Both the position numbers and the translations under genes were made by a program. Shown here in pieces: positions 1-8,108 of a DNA stretch of 64,000 nt. How positions within the stretch are numbered: the stretch's first letter is position 1; each line of letters begins with the position of its first letter. This DNA is from Nitrospirota bacterium (lineage in GTDB: Bacteria; Nitrospirota; UBA9217): positions 156,678-220,677 of the forward strand of contig JAOUEV010000001.1 in the NCBI GenBank assembly GCA_029858565.1, in the 5' to 3' direction. Below the pieces are notes generated by a model, which saw nothing but the letters and a program-made list of their open reading frames with translations, was not told where the DNA came from and ran no database searches.

Positions 1-2
1 AG

Positions 3-1448
3 GAAGGTATCGGCGGGTTCATTCTCTTTGGCGGAGACATCAAAAGCACGCCTGCCTACCTTGCGGAGCTGCAGGCCAAGGCGGAGCACCGCTTGCTCAT
101 CTCCTCGGATGTGGAGCGGGGGCTTGGGCAGCAGCTTGCCGGCGGGACCCGGTTTCCCAGCCAGCGGGCCGTGTCAGCGGCGATCGACCGGCGGTCGAAA
201 AAGGACAGCGATCTCCTGAACCGCATGCTCGACGCGGTCAGGACGGAGTCCCGGGCAGCGGGGATCCATATCGTGTTCTCGCCGGTCATGGATGTGAACA
301 ACAATCCCGACAATCCCATTATCTGCACCCGCGCCTTTGGCGATGATCCGCAGACCGTGGAGTGGTTCGGCAAGCAGTATATCCGGAGGCTCCAGAAGCC
401 CCGTTCCAACGGTGACCTCGACCTTCTTGCCTGCGCCAAGCATTTTCCCGGCCACGGGGACACGGACCAGGATTCTCACTCCGTTCTTCCGGTGATCCGC
501 GCGGACAAGGCAAGGCTGAACCGGGTGGAGCTGCCGCCGTTCCGCGAGGCGGTCAAGGACGGCGTGGGTACGGTGATGATCGCCCACCTCTTGGTGCCGG
601 CGCTCGATCCGACAAAACCGGTGACCTTCTCGAAAAAGGTGGTGACCGCGCTGCTTCGCGAAGGCATGGCCTTCGAAGGGCTCATCGTATCCGACGCGCT
701 GGACATGGGAGCCCTGGCGAACGAATATCCCCAGGGCGAGATCGCGATCCGCGCTGTAGAGGCCGGTATGGACATCCTGCTTCATCCCGTGGACGCCCGA
801 GTGACCGTGGAAGCGGTCGTGCGTGCCGTGGAGCAGGGAAGGCTCACCCAGGAGCGAATCCAGGAATCCGTGGACCGGATCATGGGGATGAAGAAGAAAC
901 TGGGGATCTTGAATGATGCTGCACCAGTGAATGCGAAGCTCGACTATGAAAAACACCGCAAGATAGCGCAGGAGATCTCCCGCAGGGCGGTCACCGTGGT
1001 GCGGGGGAGCAAAGGGATGCTTCCCCTTGATGCTGATAAAGGCGCGGCATGCTTCATCCTGGATGACGATTCCCAGGGCAGAGGCGAAGCATTCCAGCAG
1101 GAACTGATGGCGCGATTCGTCGACGCGACAGTGACCACGCTTACCCCGGACGCATGTGAAGCCGCTTTGTCATCCCATCTGGATATCAGCAGAGCCGGCG
1201 CTGCGGTGATCGCCATATTCTCCCGCATATCCGCTTCCAAGGGCAGGTCCGGCATCTCGCCGAAGCTTCGGGACGCGGCAATCGAGCTGCTGAAGCGCGC
1301 GAAAGCCGCGGGAAAGCCATCGGTGGTCATTTCATTCGACAGCCCTTATATTCTGGACCAGTTCAAGGACGCTGGCCTGCATATCGCCTGCTATGACCGG
1401 ATGGACGAGATACAGAGGGCGGCAGCAGAGAAACTAGTAAAGGGCTAA
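3..1448 (+). CDS. nagZ: Glycoside hydrolase family 3, beta-N-acetylhexosaminidase (5' end outside window)
   Basis: Frame open from position 3 (EGIGGFILFGG...). Motifs SSDVERG, RAFGDDP, KHFPGHGDTDQDSH (NagZ-type) and IVSDALDM; GH3 C-terminal domain present. Confidence 0.85.
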   Translation, partial: EGIGGFILFGGDIKSTPAYLAELQAKAEHRLLISSDVERGLGQQLAGGTRFPSQRAVSAAIDRRSKKDSDLLNRMLDAVRTESRAAGIHIVFSPVMDVNNNPDNPIICTRAFGDDPQTVEWFGKQYIRRLQKPRSNGDLDLLACAKHFPGHGDTDQDSHSVLPVIRADKARLNRVELPPFREAVKDGVGTVMIAHLLVPALDPTKPVTFSKKVVTALLREGMAFEGLIVSDALDMGALANEYPQGEIAIRAVEAGMDILLHPVDARVTVEAVVRAVEQGRLTQERIQESVDRIMGMKKKLGILNDAAPVNAKLDYEKHRKIAQEISRRAVTVVRGSKGMLPLDADKGAACFILDDDSQGRGEAFQQELMARFVDATVTTLTPDACEAALSSHLDISRAGAAVIAIFSRISASKGRSGISPKLRDAAIELLKRAKAAGKPSVVISFDSPYILDQFKDAGLHIACYDRMDEIQRAAAEKLVKG

Positions 1449-1540
1449 GAAGAACAAAGAAGGGCTAGAGGGGTAATGGGCTAGGGTCAGGAGTAAGGCG
1501 TAAGGGGTAAGTAACCTCCAAAGAGACGCAAGCTGTGTCC

Positions 1541-1567
1541 GTCATTCCCGCGCAGGCGGGAATCCAG
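1541..1567. repeat. REP-like palindrome GTCATTCCC-N8-GGGAATCCAG (same core layout as Neisseria dRS3)
   Basis: attccc gcgcaggc gggaat hairpin, nested between agagacgc (1522-1529) and gcgtctct (1593-1600). Confidence 0.75.
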
Positions 1568-1646
1568 GTTCTGTGCTTTTCTCTGCGCCTCCGCGTCTCT
1601 GCGCGAGATGCTTTGGTTTTGAGTCAGCGATTATGCTCTCTATCAC

Positions 1647-2297
1647 ATGGCAACGATACTAATTATCTTCCTCTTCTTCGCGCTTATCCACAGCATCACG
1701 GTCTCCCATCGATTCAAGAACCTCTGCAAACAGCTTTTCGGGGAAAAGTTCCTGCGAGTCTGGTACCGGTTCCTGTATACCTCGGTGAGCGGGTTGACCG
1801 CAGCCATAGCAGTGTGCCTGATAGCCCAGGCGCCGGACCGTCATCTCTGGACAGCTCCGTCATGGCTCCGCTGGACCATGCACGGGATACAGATCGCAGG
1901 TTTTGTTTTCGGCGCAAAAGCCTTTGACTATCTGGACAAGTGGGAGTTCTTGGGGTTCCGCCAGGTGTTGCGGTATCTCCGGTCCGGCGAGGTCAGCGGA
2001 AATGTCGAAGGCCTGACCGACAGGGAATTGGCCACTACGGGAGTCTACGGCATCGTGCGTCATCCGCTCTATGTGGCGGGCATTGTGATATTCACGTTCA
2101 GCCCTGTCATTACCGTGAATGGACTCCTGATCACCGTCCTGGCGGACCTGTATTTCCTCTTCGGTATGTTTATCGAAGAAAAACGCTTCCTTCGCATCTT
2201 TGGCGACCGGTATCGGGAATATATGCTGAGAGTTCCAAGGATGCTGCCCCGGCTAAGAAAGAATGCGGAGAAGGAACACCCCCGTACCTCTGCCTGA
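1647..2297 (+). CDS. Isoprenylcysteine carboxylmethyltransferase-family (NnrU/nurim-like) membrane protein
   Basis: Several TM helices; GVYGIVRHPLY and EEKRFLRIFGDRYREY...VPR motifs. Confidence 0.8.
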   Translation: MATILIIFLFFALIHSITVSHRFKNLCKQLFGEKFLRVWYRFLYTSVSGLTAAIAVCLIAQAPDRHLWTAPSWLRWTMHGIQIAGFVFGAKAFDYLDKWEFLGFRQVLRYLRSGEVSGNVEGLTDRELATTGVYGIVRHPLYVAGIVIFTFSPVITVNGLLITVLADLYFLFGMFIEEKRFLRIFGDRYREYMLRVPRMLPRLRKNAEKEHPRTSA

Positions 2298-2393
2298 GAT
2301 TATCCGTGGCTTCTGATTTCCCTTCGCAGTGACCGCTATCCATGATCAGCAACCTCATTTGACCTCCAATGACATGTTGACCTGATCTTTCCG

Positions 2394-2425
2394 TTGACTT
2401 TCGTTATTCCCTCAGATATATTACG
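2394..2425 (+). promoter_or_regulatory. sigma70 promoter of modE-tupABC overlapped by a ModE-type operator
   Basis: TTGACT(2394-99), 17 nt, TATATT(2417-22). CGTTATTCC-N6-TATATTACG (2402-2425) resembles the ModE box CGNTATATA-N6-TATATANCG. Confidence 0.65.
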
Positions 2426-2429
2426 CTTA

Positions 2430-2849
2430 ATGCCGAACAAAGATCACGGGAATAAGACGAAGAGAGTTCATGAACCCGGAGTACATGGCCGGATCTGGAT
2501 CGACGGTCCCGACGGAGTATTCATCGGTCATGGTCGGGTGGTCCTGCTCGAACGGATCCGGGAACATGGCTCCATCACCCAGGCCGCCAAGTCCATGGAA
2601 ATGGCCTATCGCCATGCCTGGGACCTGGTGGACTCCATGAACCGCCAGGCCGTGGAACCCTTTGTCGTGGTCGCCACCGGCGGCAGGGGCGGCGGCGGGG
2701 CGCAGGTCACCGAAGCGGGTGAAAAGGCGATCAAACTGTTCTGGAAGCTCCAGGAGGATTTCCGGAAGTTCCTGGAAAAGGAGCAGAGAGCGCTGTTGAA
2801 GAAATACCTCGTTCCTATAGACGGAAAGAAGAAGCAAAAGAAATGGTAA
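2430..2849 (+). CDS. modE: ModE-family winged-helix regulator (DNA-binding domain only, no TOBE domains)
   Basis: GRVVLLERIREHGSITQAAKSMEMAYRHAWDLVDSMN...GGRGGGGAQVT; upstream of tupABC. Confidence 0.85.
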   Translation: MPNKDHGNKTKRVHEPGVHGRIWIDGPDGVFIGHGRVVLLERIREHGSITQAAKSMEMAYRHAWDLVDSMNRQAVEPFVVVATGGRGGGGAQVTEAGEKAIKLFWKLQEDFRKFLEKEQRALLKKYLVPIDGKKKQKKW

Positions 2850-2937
2850 TCACCTGTTCCGGTTTCGCCGGGACACACAGGCGAAGTCAAAGTCGGGGCT
2901 GGATTGAAAGTTTGGAAGGATTATCGTTCTGGTTATT

Positions 2938-2963
2938 CTCCGTGTCCTCCGTGGCTCCGTGGT
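2938..2963. repeat. CTCCGTG(G/TC) 8-9-mer tandem array
   Basis: ctccgtgtc ctccgtgg ctccgtgg, flanked by ggttatt/aataacc; same family as 45631-45710. Confidence 0.6.
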
Positions 2964-3009
2964 AAATAACCGATCTTGCTTTGTATTGATCTTCTGCAGA
3001 GGGACCTGC

Positions 3010-3819
3010 ATGAAATGGGTCACGACCTTCGCTTTTGCGGTGATGCTCATCAGTACGGCTGCGTTCGCCGAAACGCGCGTCAAGATGGCATCGACCACGA
3101 GCACGGAAAATTCAGGGCTCTTCAACTACATACTTCCGCTCTTTGAGAAAAAGACGGGCATCAAGATCGACGTGGTTGCCGTGGGTACCGGCGCGGCGAT
3201 CGAGATCGGCAGGCGCGGGGACGCAGACCTGGTGTTCGTGCATGCGAAAGAGCAGGAGCTGCAGGCGGTGAAAGAAGGCTACTTCGTGAACCGGCACGAT
3301 GTGATGTACAACGATTTCATTCTCCTCGGACCGCCCAAGGACCCCGCTAAGGTAAAGGGCAGGACGACCGCAATTGACGCTTTTCAGGCCATCGCTGCTT
3401 CAGGCGCACGTTTCGTATCCCGGGGAGATCGGTCGGGCACGCACACGAAGGAGCTTGCTCTCTGGAAAGCCGCTGCCGTCGACCCCGCGGGCGCAGGGTG
3501 GTATCGCGAAGCAGGGCAGGGGATGGAAAAGACCATGCGCATCGCTGATGAACTCGGAGCCTATACCCTTGCGGACCGCGGAACCTGGCTTGCCGTCAAG
3601 GACAAGGACAAGCTGGACCTGAAGATGCTTTTTGAGGGAGATCCTCCGCTGTTCAACCAATACGGCGTCATGGCCGTGAACCCCGAGAAGAGCAGGGGCG
3701 TCAACTACAAAGAGGCCATGGCGTTCGTGAACTGGATCATATCCAGGGAAGGGCAGGCGGCGATCGCGGCGTTCAGGGACAAGAGCGGCAATCCGCTCTT
3801 CATCCCGAACGCAAAATAG
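3010..3819 (+). CDS. tupA: Tungstate ABC transporter substrate-binding protein
   Basis: Signal peptide; STTSTENSGL (TTTS-like), VGTGAAI, VHA, MYNDF, SRGDRSGTH. Confidence 0.9.
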   Translation: MKWVTTFAFAVMLISTAAFAETRVKMASTTSTENSGLFNYILPLFEKKTGIKIDVVAVGTGAAIEIGRRGDADLVFVHAKEQELQAVKEGYFVNRHDVMYNDFILLGPPKDPAKVKGRTTAIDAFQAIAASGARFVSRGDRSGTHTKELALWKAAAVDPAGAGWYREAGQGMEKTMRIADELGAYTLADRGTWLAVKDKDKLDLKMLFEGDPPLFNQYGVMAVNPEKSRGVNYKEAMAFVNWIISREGQAAIAAFRDKSGNPLFIPNAK

Positions 3820-3831
3820 TTCGTCAACTCC

Positions 3832-3901
3832 GGCGCGGGCCGGTGCGGAGCAAGGAATGATACCCCCAGTATCCCTCGCCGGTCCGGTCCGCGCCTTTTT
3901 T
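3832..3901 (+). terminator. Large hairpin plus U-tract between tupA and tupB (partial terminator or mRNA stabiliser)
   Basis: ggcgcgggccgg...ccggtccgcgcc followed by tttttt. Confidence 0.6.
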
Positions 3902-4069
3902 GAAGTGAAAAACAAATCGTGTGAATACCTGATGCAACCACGGGTCACGGCTGCTTCGTGACAGAGGGACGGACTCAAAACCCTGCAGCTGGCTCCATCT
4001 GTGTGCGGCGAAGCCGCCCGTGGTTAAAAGGCCGTTCAAGGTTCTTTCCGGAAAACGCAGCAAGCATCT

Positions 4070-4774
4070 ATGGATCTATTTCTCCAGGCAATATCCCATG
4101 CCTTCAGCCTGATCGTGCATCTCGATCCGGTCCTTACGGGGATCATCGTCCTTTCCCTGAAAGTGTCCGGCTACGCACTGATCATAGCGACCGTACTCGG
4201 TCTTCCCGCAGGCGCCTTTCTCGGGTTGAAACGGTTTCCGGCACGTGACCTGGCGATCAGCACGATCAATACATTCATGGGCCTGCCGCCGGTGGTGGTC
4301 GGCCTCTTTCTGTACCTTCTTTTGTCCCGAAAAGGCCCTCTTGGATTCATGGGACTGCTCTATTCGCCGTCTGCAATGATCATTGCCCAGACGGTCCTGG
4401 CGGTCCCCATCGTTACGGCGCTGTGTCACTCAGCGATCATGAGCGTTGATCCGATCATTCGACAGGCTGCGCGGACCCTCGGCGCCACGGACACCCAGGA
4501 GACCCTGGCCGTGATCCGGGAGGCGCGATACGGGATCCTGTCGGCCCTTCTTGCCGCTTTCGGAAGGGTCATGGCCGAGGTGGGCGCGATCCTGATCGTC
4601 GGCGGCAACATCGCGGGATACACACGCGTTATGACCACTACCATTGCGCTCGAGACGGACAAGGGCAACTTCGAACTTGCTCTCGCCCTCGGCATCATAC
4701 TGCTCGCCATATCGTTCCTCGTGAACGCAGCTCTCCACTTTGTCCGGAAAAAAGGGATGGTCCACACCTCATGA
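4070..4774 (+). CDS. tupB: Tungstate ABC transporter permease
   Basis: TFMGLPPVVVGL, AARTLGA (EAA-like loop), GGNIAGYTRVMTTTIALET. Confidence 0.9.
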   Translation: MDLFLQAISHAFSLIVHLDPVLTGIIVLSLKVSGYALIIATVLGLPAGAFLGLKRFPARDLAISTINTFMGLPPVVVGLFLYLLLSRKGPLGFMGLLYSPSAMIIAQTVLAVPIVTALCHSAIMSVDPIIRQAARTLGATDTQETLAVIREARYGILSALLAAFGRVMAEVGAILIVGGNIAGYTRVMTTTIALETDKGNFELALALGIILLAISFLVNAALHFVRKKGMVHTS

Positions 4775-5418
4775 GGCTGATCGCCAGGCATATCAGGAAG
4801 GACTACGGCGGCAGGACCGTGCTGAAGGACTGCTCCTATGAGTTTGATGCGCACGCTGTCTACGCGCTCATGGGGCCGAACGGCTGCGGCAAGTCGACCT
4901 TCCTGCGGATCTGCTCCCTGCTCGAACGGCCTGACTCCGGAGACGCGCTTTTCTCGGACGGGGCGACGATGCTTCTGCCGGACCTGTCGCTGAGACGACG
5001 CATCACGCTGGTGCTCGCGCGGACCGGGGTATTCAACACGACGGTCTACCGGAACGCGGCCTACGGACTGTCGATACGGGGGGCGGGGAAGGCAGAAATC
5101 GCGCGGAAGGTCAAAGAGGCGCTCAACTTTGTCGGCCTGGGCCACAAGATCGATCAGCACGCGCGAACTCTTTCAAGCGGGGAGACCCAGCGCCTGGGCA
5201 TTGCCCGTGCCCTTGCCGTCGAGCCGGAGATACTCTTCCTTGATGAGCCCACCGCGTCGGTGGACCAGGAGAACACCGAGATCATCGAGTCGCTCATCAT
5301 GAAGATGAGGACTGACGGAAAGACCATGGTCATCATGACGACCCATGACCGCGACCAGGCTGATCGATTGGCTGACCAGGTTCTTGTGATCAGGGACGGG
5401 AGTATCACTCGTCATTAA
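4771..5418 (+). CDS. tupC: Tungstate ABC transporter ATPase
   Basis: GPNGCGKST, LSSGETQR, LFLDEPT; ATGA overlap with tupB. Confidence 0.9.
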   Translation: MRLIARHIRKDYGGRTVLKDCSYEFDAHAVYALMGPNGCGKSTFLRICSLLERPDSGDALFSDGATMLLPDLSLRRRITLVLARTGVFNTTVYRNAAYGLSIRGAGKAEIARKVKEALNFVGLGHKIDQHARTLSSGETQRLGIARALAVEPEILFLDEPTASVDQENTEIIESLIMKMRTDGKTMVIMTTHDRDQADRLADQVLVIRDGSITRH

Positions 5419-5521
5419 CATAGGGTTTGTCTTTCTGTTTACGGTCAAGGCCGGGAGATACCAGAAAACGGAAGTTGTGAGTGCTATACTTTGATCAGGG
5501 GGCTGATCGGAGGACAGCTAC

Positions 5522-5857
5522 ATGGAGAGCATTCACCGTGCTGTGGAGGTCGTTTCCCTGGGCGTCAGCATTATCGGGGCCGTGGTCACGATCTGGGGCG
5601 TTATTGAAGCTGTCGTTGGCTTCCTTTCCCTGAAGTTCTCCCGTGCGGGCAAGGACGAGATCGCCATGAGCGAGTTCCTGCGCCAGAAGCTCGGCGCCCA
5701 TCTGCTGCTCGGGCTGGAGATCTTTATCGCCGCGGACGTGATCAGTTCCGTGGTCAGTCCCACCTGGAACAAGGTCGGCCTGCTTGCAGCCATCGTGGCG
5801 ATCAGGACGGTGCTCAGCTATTTCCTCAGGATGGAAGTGCGCCAGACGCGGCAGTAG
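5522..5857 (+). CDS. DUF1622-family small membrane protein
   Basis: LLLGLEIFIAADVI...IVAIRTVLSYFL; RBS GGAGG. Confidence 0.85.
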   Translation: MESIHRAVEVVSLGVSIIGAVVTIWGVIEAVVGFLSLKFSRAGKDEIAMSEFLRQKLGAHLLLGLEIFIAADVISSVVSPTWNKVGLLAAIVAIRTVLSYFLRMEVRQTRQ

Positions 5858-5903
5858 GCGTTTTTAAGCTAGATTCAGAGAGAGGTGATGTACTGGGTGC
5901 TTT

Positions 5904-6449
5904 CTAGTCCGCAGAAAGGGCGGCGATGTAGGGCAGGTTCCGGTATTTCTCGGCAAAGTCCATTCCGTATCCCACCACGAACCGGTCGGGTATCTCGAAG
6001 CCCACATAGTCCAGTTGCACATCAATGGTCCTGCGGGTGCGTTTGTCGAGCAGCACAGCGGTCCTGATGCTCGCGGGGCGACGCTTCCGATAATGTTTCT
6101 GTAAATAAGCCAGGGTCCTGCCGCTGTCCACGATCGTGTCCACGATCAGCACATGCTTATCCATGATATCGATGTCGATAGCCCGGGATATCGCGACGTC
6201 CCCGGAAGAGGTCGTTGCGGTTCCGTAGCTTGCCGCGTTCACAAAGGCGAGGCGGGAATGAATGGTAAGCGACCTCGCCAGGTCCGCCGCGAAGATCGCC
6301 GCGGCTTTGAGCACGCATAGCACGATGATCTCCTTGCCCAGGTAGTCCCGTGATATCCGGCCTGCAAGGTCGGCGACCTTCTCCTGAATAACTCCCTCAT
6401 CGTACAGCGGTTCCAGGTCTTCGTACACGAGGCCTCCGGTGCCGTTCAT
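5904..6449 (-). CDS. hpt: Hypoxanthine phosphoribosyltransferase
   Basis: SYG loop, VLIVDTIVDSGRTL PRPP motif, FVVGYGMDFAEKYRNLP. Confidence 0.9.
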   Translation of the reverse strand: MNGTGGLVYEDLEPLYDEGVIQEKVADLAGRISRDYLGKEIIVLCVLKAAAIFAADLARSLTIHSRLAFVNAASYGTATTSSGDVAISRAIDIDIMDKHVLIVDTIVDSGRTLAYLQKHYRKRRPASIRTAVLLDKRTRRTIDVQLDYVGFEIPDRFVVGYGMDFAEKYRNLPYIAALSAD

Positions 6450-6514
6450 GCTTTTGGCTTCTTTGCCAAGAATACCCCCTGTTGATAATCTTGTAAAGAG
6501 AGAAGGTGATAGCA

Positions 6515-6595
6515 ATGAAGAACAAGATGTCGCTGGTCATCTCGAAGCAGACTTGCGTTGTAAATTGCTCCAATGGTGCGTGTTCAATGATCTGA
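6515..6595 (+). CDS. Putative 26-aa Cys-containing peptide MKNKMSLVISKQTCVVNCSNGACSMI
   Basis: RBS-like AGAAGGTGA before ATG 6515; TGA at 6593-95; too short for the ORF track. Confidence 0.4.
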   Translation: MKNKMSLVISKQTCVVNCSNGACSMI

Positions 6596-6794
6596 TCGTT
6601 CTGGTATTTTGCCATGGACAGCAAGTCGTGAGAACGGAACGGGCTGCGCGCATCCGCGAGAGAGCGCTGGAACACTCGGGTCACCAAATAAAATAGGATT
6701 GGCAAAATAATGTAGACATTCGGCATCTAAAGGGCTATAGTGTTGCCATGTGATCGGATAGCTTATTTGTCGATTCGCATAGGGAGGCATCACC

Positions 6795-7370
6795 ATGGCA
6801 ACGAAAAGGTTTTTGGTTCTAGTTCTGGTATGTGTTGCAGCAGTAGCGATAGGTGGCTGTGGTTCGAGCAGTACCTCGTCCGGACCGCAGGCATATACTC
6901 AGGACACGCTTGATTCTGATACTGTGTGGGCAGTCAATACCGGAATGGTAAGCATCTATAACAACAACCTCGCTGGCAAGCCTACGGGGTCGCAAAATAT
7001 GCCTAATAAAAACTGCGCACTTGGCGGGACAGTATCAATCACAGGCACCACGACATATGATTCGATTCATGGGATCACAACAGTTGACCTGACCTATGCA
7101 CTTTCGAATTGCAGGTTTACCAGCGCAAGCGGATCGCTCTCGGTCACACTCACAATGAACGGCACCATGACGCACAGCGGATTTTTCAGCTCCAGCAGCA
7201 AGGATGAGATCTTTTCATCTAACGGAGCAAATGTGAGCATTGTAGGAACTGCTGAGAGGACGGGCTATATTGATGGGACGATCAACGAGAATTGCACTTA
7301 TTATGCTCAGTCAAAGACCAGTTCTGTGACCGGGTCGATCTGCGGCAGGGATGTTTCCTGGACCTATTAG
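6795..7370 (+). CDS. Ser/Thr-rich lipoprotein, unknown function
   Basis: RBS GGAGG; signal peptide with lipobox IGGC; beta-rich composition; lower GC than flanks. Confidence 0.8.
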   Translation: MATKRFLVLVLVCVAAVAIGGCGSSSTSSGPQAYTQDTLDSDTVWAVNTGMVSIYNNNLAGKPTGSQNMPNKNCALGGTVSITGTTTYDSIHGITTVDLTYALSNCRFTSASGSLSVTLTMNGTMTHSGFFSSSSKDEIFSSNGANVSIVGTAERTGYIDGTINENCTYYAQSKTSSVTGSICGRDVSWTY

Positions 7371-7398
7371 ACTGCTACGTAAAATTACATGTTTGGAG

Positions 7399-7429
7399 AA
7401 GCCGCCGAAATCCTGTTCGGCGGCTTTTT
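7399..7429. terminator. Intrinsic terminator between convergent genes
   Basis: aagccgccgaa-atcctg-ttcggcggcttttt. Confidence 0.8.
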
Positions 7430-8108
7430 AATTTGCCGCGGGAGCGGCTGCCGGTCGGGGAAGGACCGCACCTGGTTGCTGCTGCGGTGCAGTATACACG
7501 AACTTCCACTCGTTGTACTTGGTCTTTCCCTCGAATTCCCTGTTCTCGTCCGGGAAGTCCGCCTGCTTGAACGGTTCCTTGTCACTTGAACTGTATACGC
7601 CGATGAGCCTGTTCCCCTTGGTCTGATCGCGCAGCAGCTCGAAATCCTCGCCGGTGATGGGGTCCTTGTACTTCTGCCGGAGATGGCGTTTTCCCCGTGC
7701 CGTACGCCCGTCGCTCAGCAGGTCATCGATGTTCCGAGGATACTCGAGCCTGCCCGGGATGGCCGTAGTGTAACGCTCGATGGCCAACCGGTACTGGTTG
7801 CCCCGGAACAGCAGTTCCTCCTCTTTTTCCCTTGCCATGACCGCCTGCCAGTACTTTCCCGCCGCGCCCATTGAGATGCCGATGATGACAATTGCCGCAA
7901 GCAGCGCGATGTAGGTGAAACCGGAAGAAGTGCGGAGTGCGGAGTGCGGAGTGCGGAATAAGAAACGGCGGATCTGGTGAGGAACATCCGGCCGGGGGAT
8001 GTGGTGTTGATTTTTCTCCTCGTCGCAGGTGACGAAGCGAAGGGTCACGTGCTCCGGCGCGTCATTCACTTCGCACTTCGCACTCCGCACTCCGCACTGC
8101 GTCTTCAT
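7428..8108 (-). CDS. Type II secretion / type IV pilin-like (pseudopilin) protein with a long leader
   Basis: G|FTYIALLAAIVIIG prepilin motif (no Glu5); REKEEELLFRG, HLRQKYKDPITG; ATGA-coupled to the upstream gene. Confidence 0.8.
   Translation of the reverse strand: MKTQCGVRSAKCEVNDAPEHVTLRFVTCDEEKNQHHIPRPDVPHQIRRFLFRTPHSALRTSSGFTYIALLAAIVIIGISMGAAGKYWQAVMAREKEEELLFRGNQYRLAIERYTTAIPGRLEYPRNIDDLLSDGRTARGKRHLRQKYKDPITGEDFELLRDQTKGNRLIGVYSSSDKEPFKQADFPDENREFEGKTKYNEWKFVYTAPQQQPGAVLPRPAAAPAAN
7931..8098. repeat. Inverted pair of TGCGGAG heptamer arrays inside the pseudopilin leader
   Basis: (tgcggag)x3 tgcggaa at 7931-7958; cttcgca x2, ctccgca x2 at 8069-8096. Confidence 0.9.

Noticed and set aside
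2850-3009. Moco/Tuco riboswitch before tupA
   Set aside because: A hairpin is present at about 2851-2883, but I could not match the conserved multi-stem layout; part of the region is a repeat element.
7931-8098. Repeat arrays as a CRISPR
   Set aside because: Units are 7-9 nt tandem repeats without unique spacers, and there are no cas genes.
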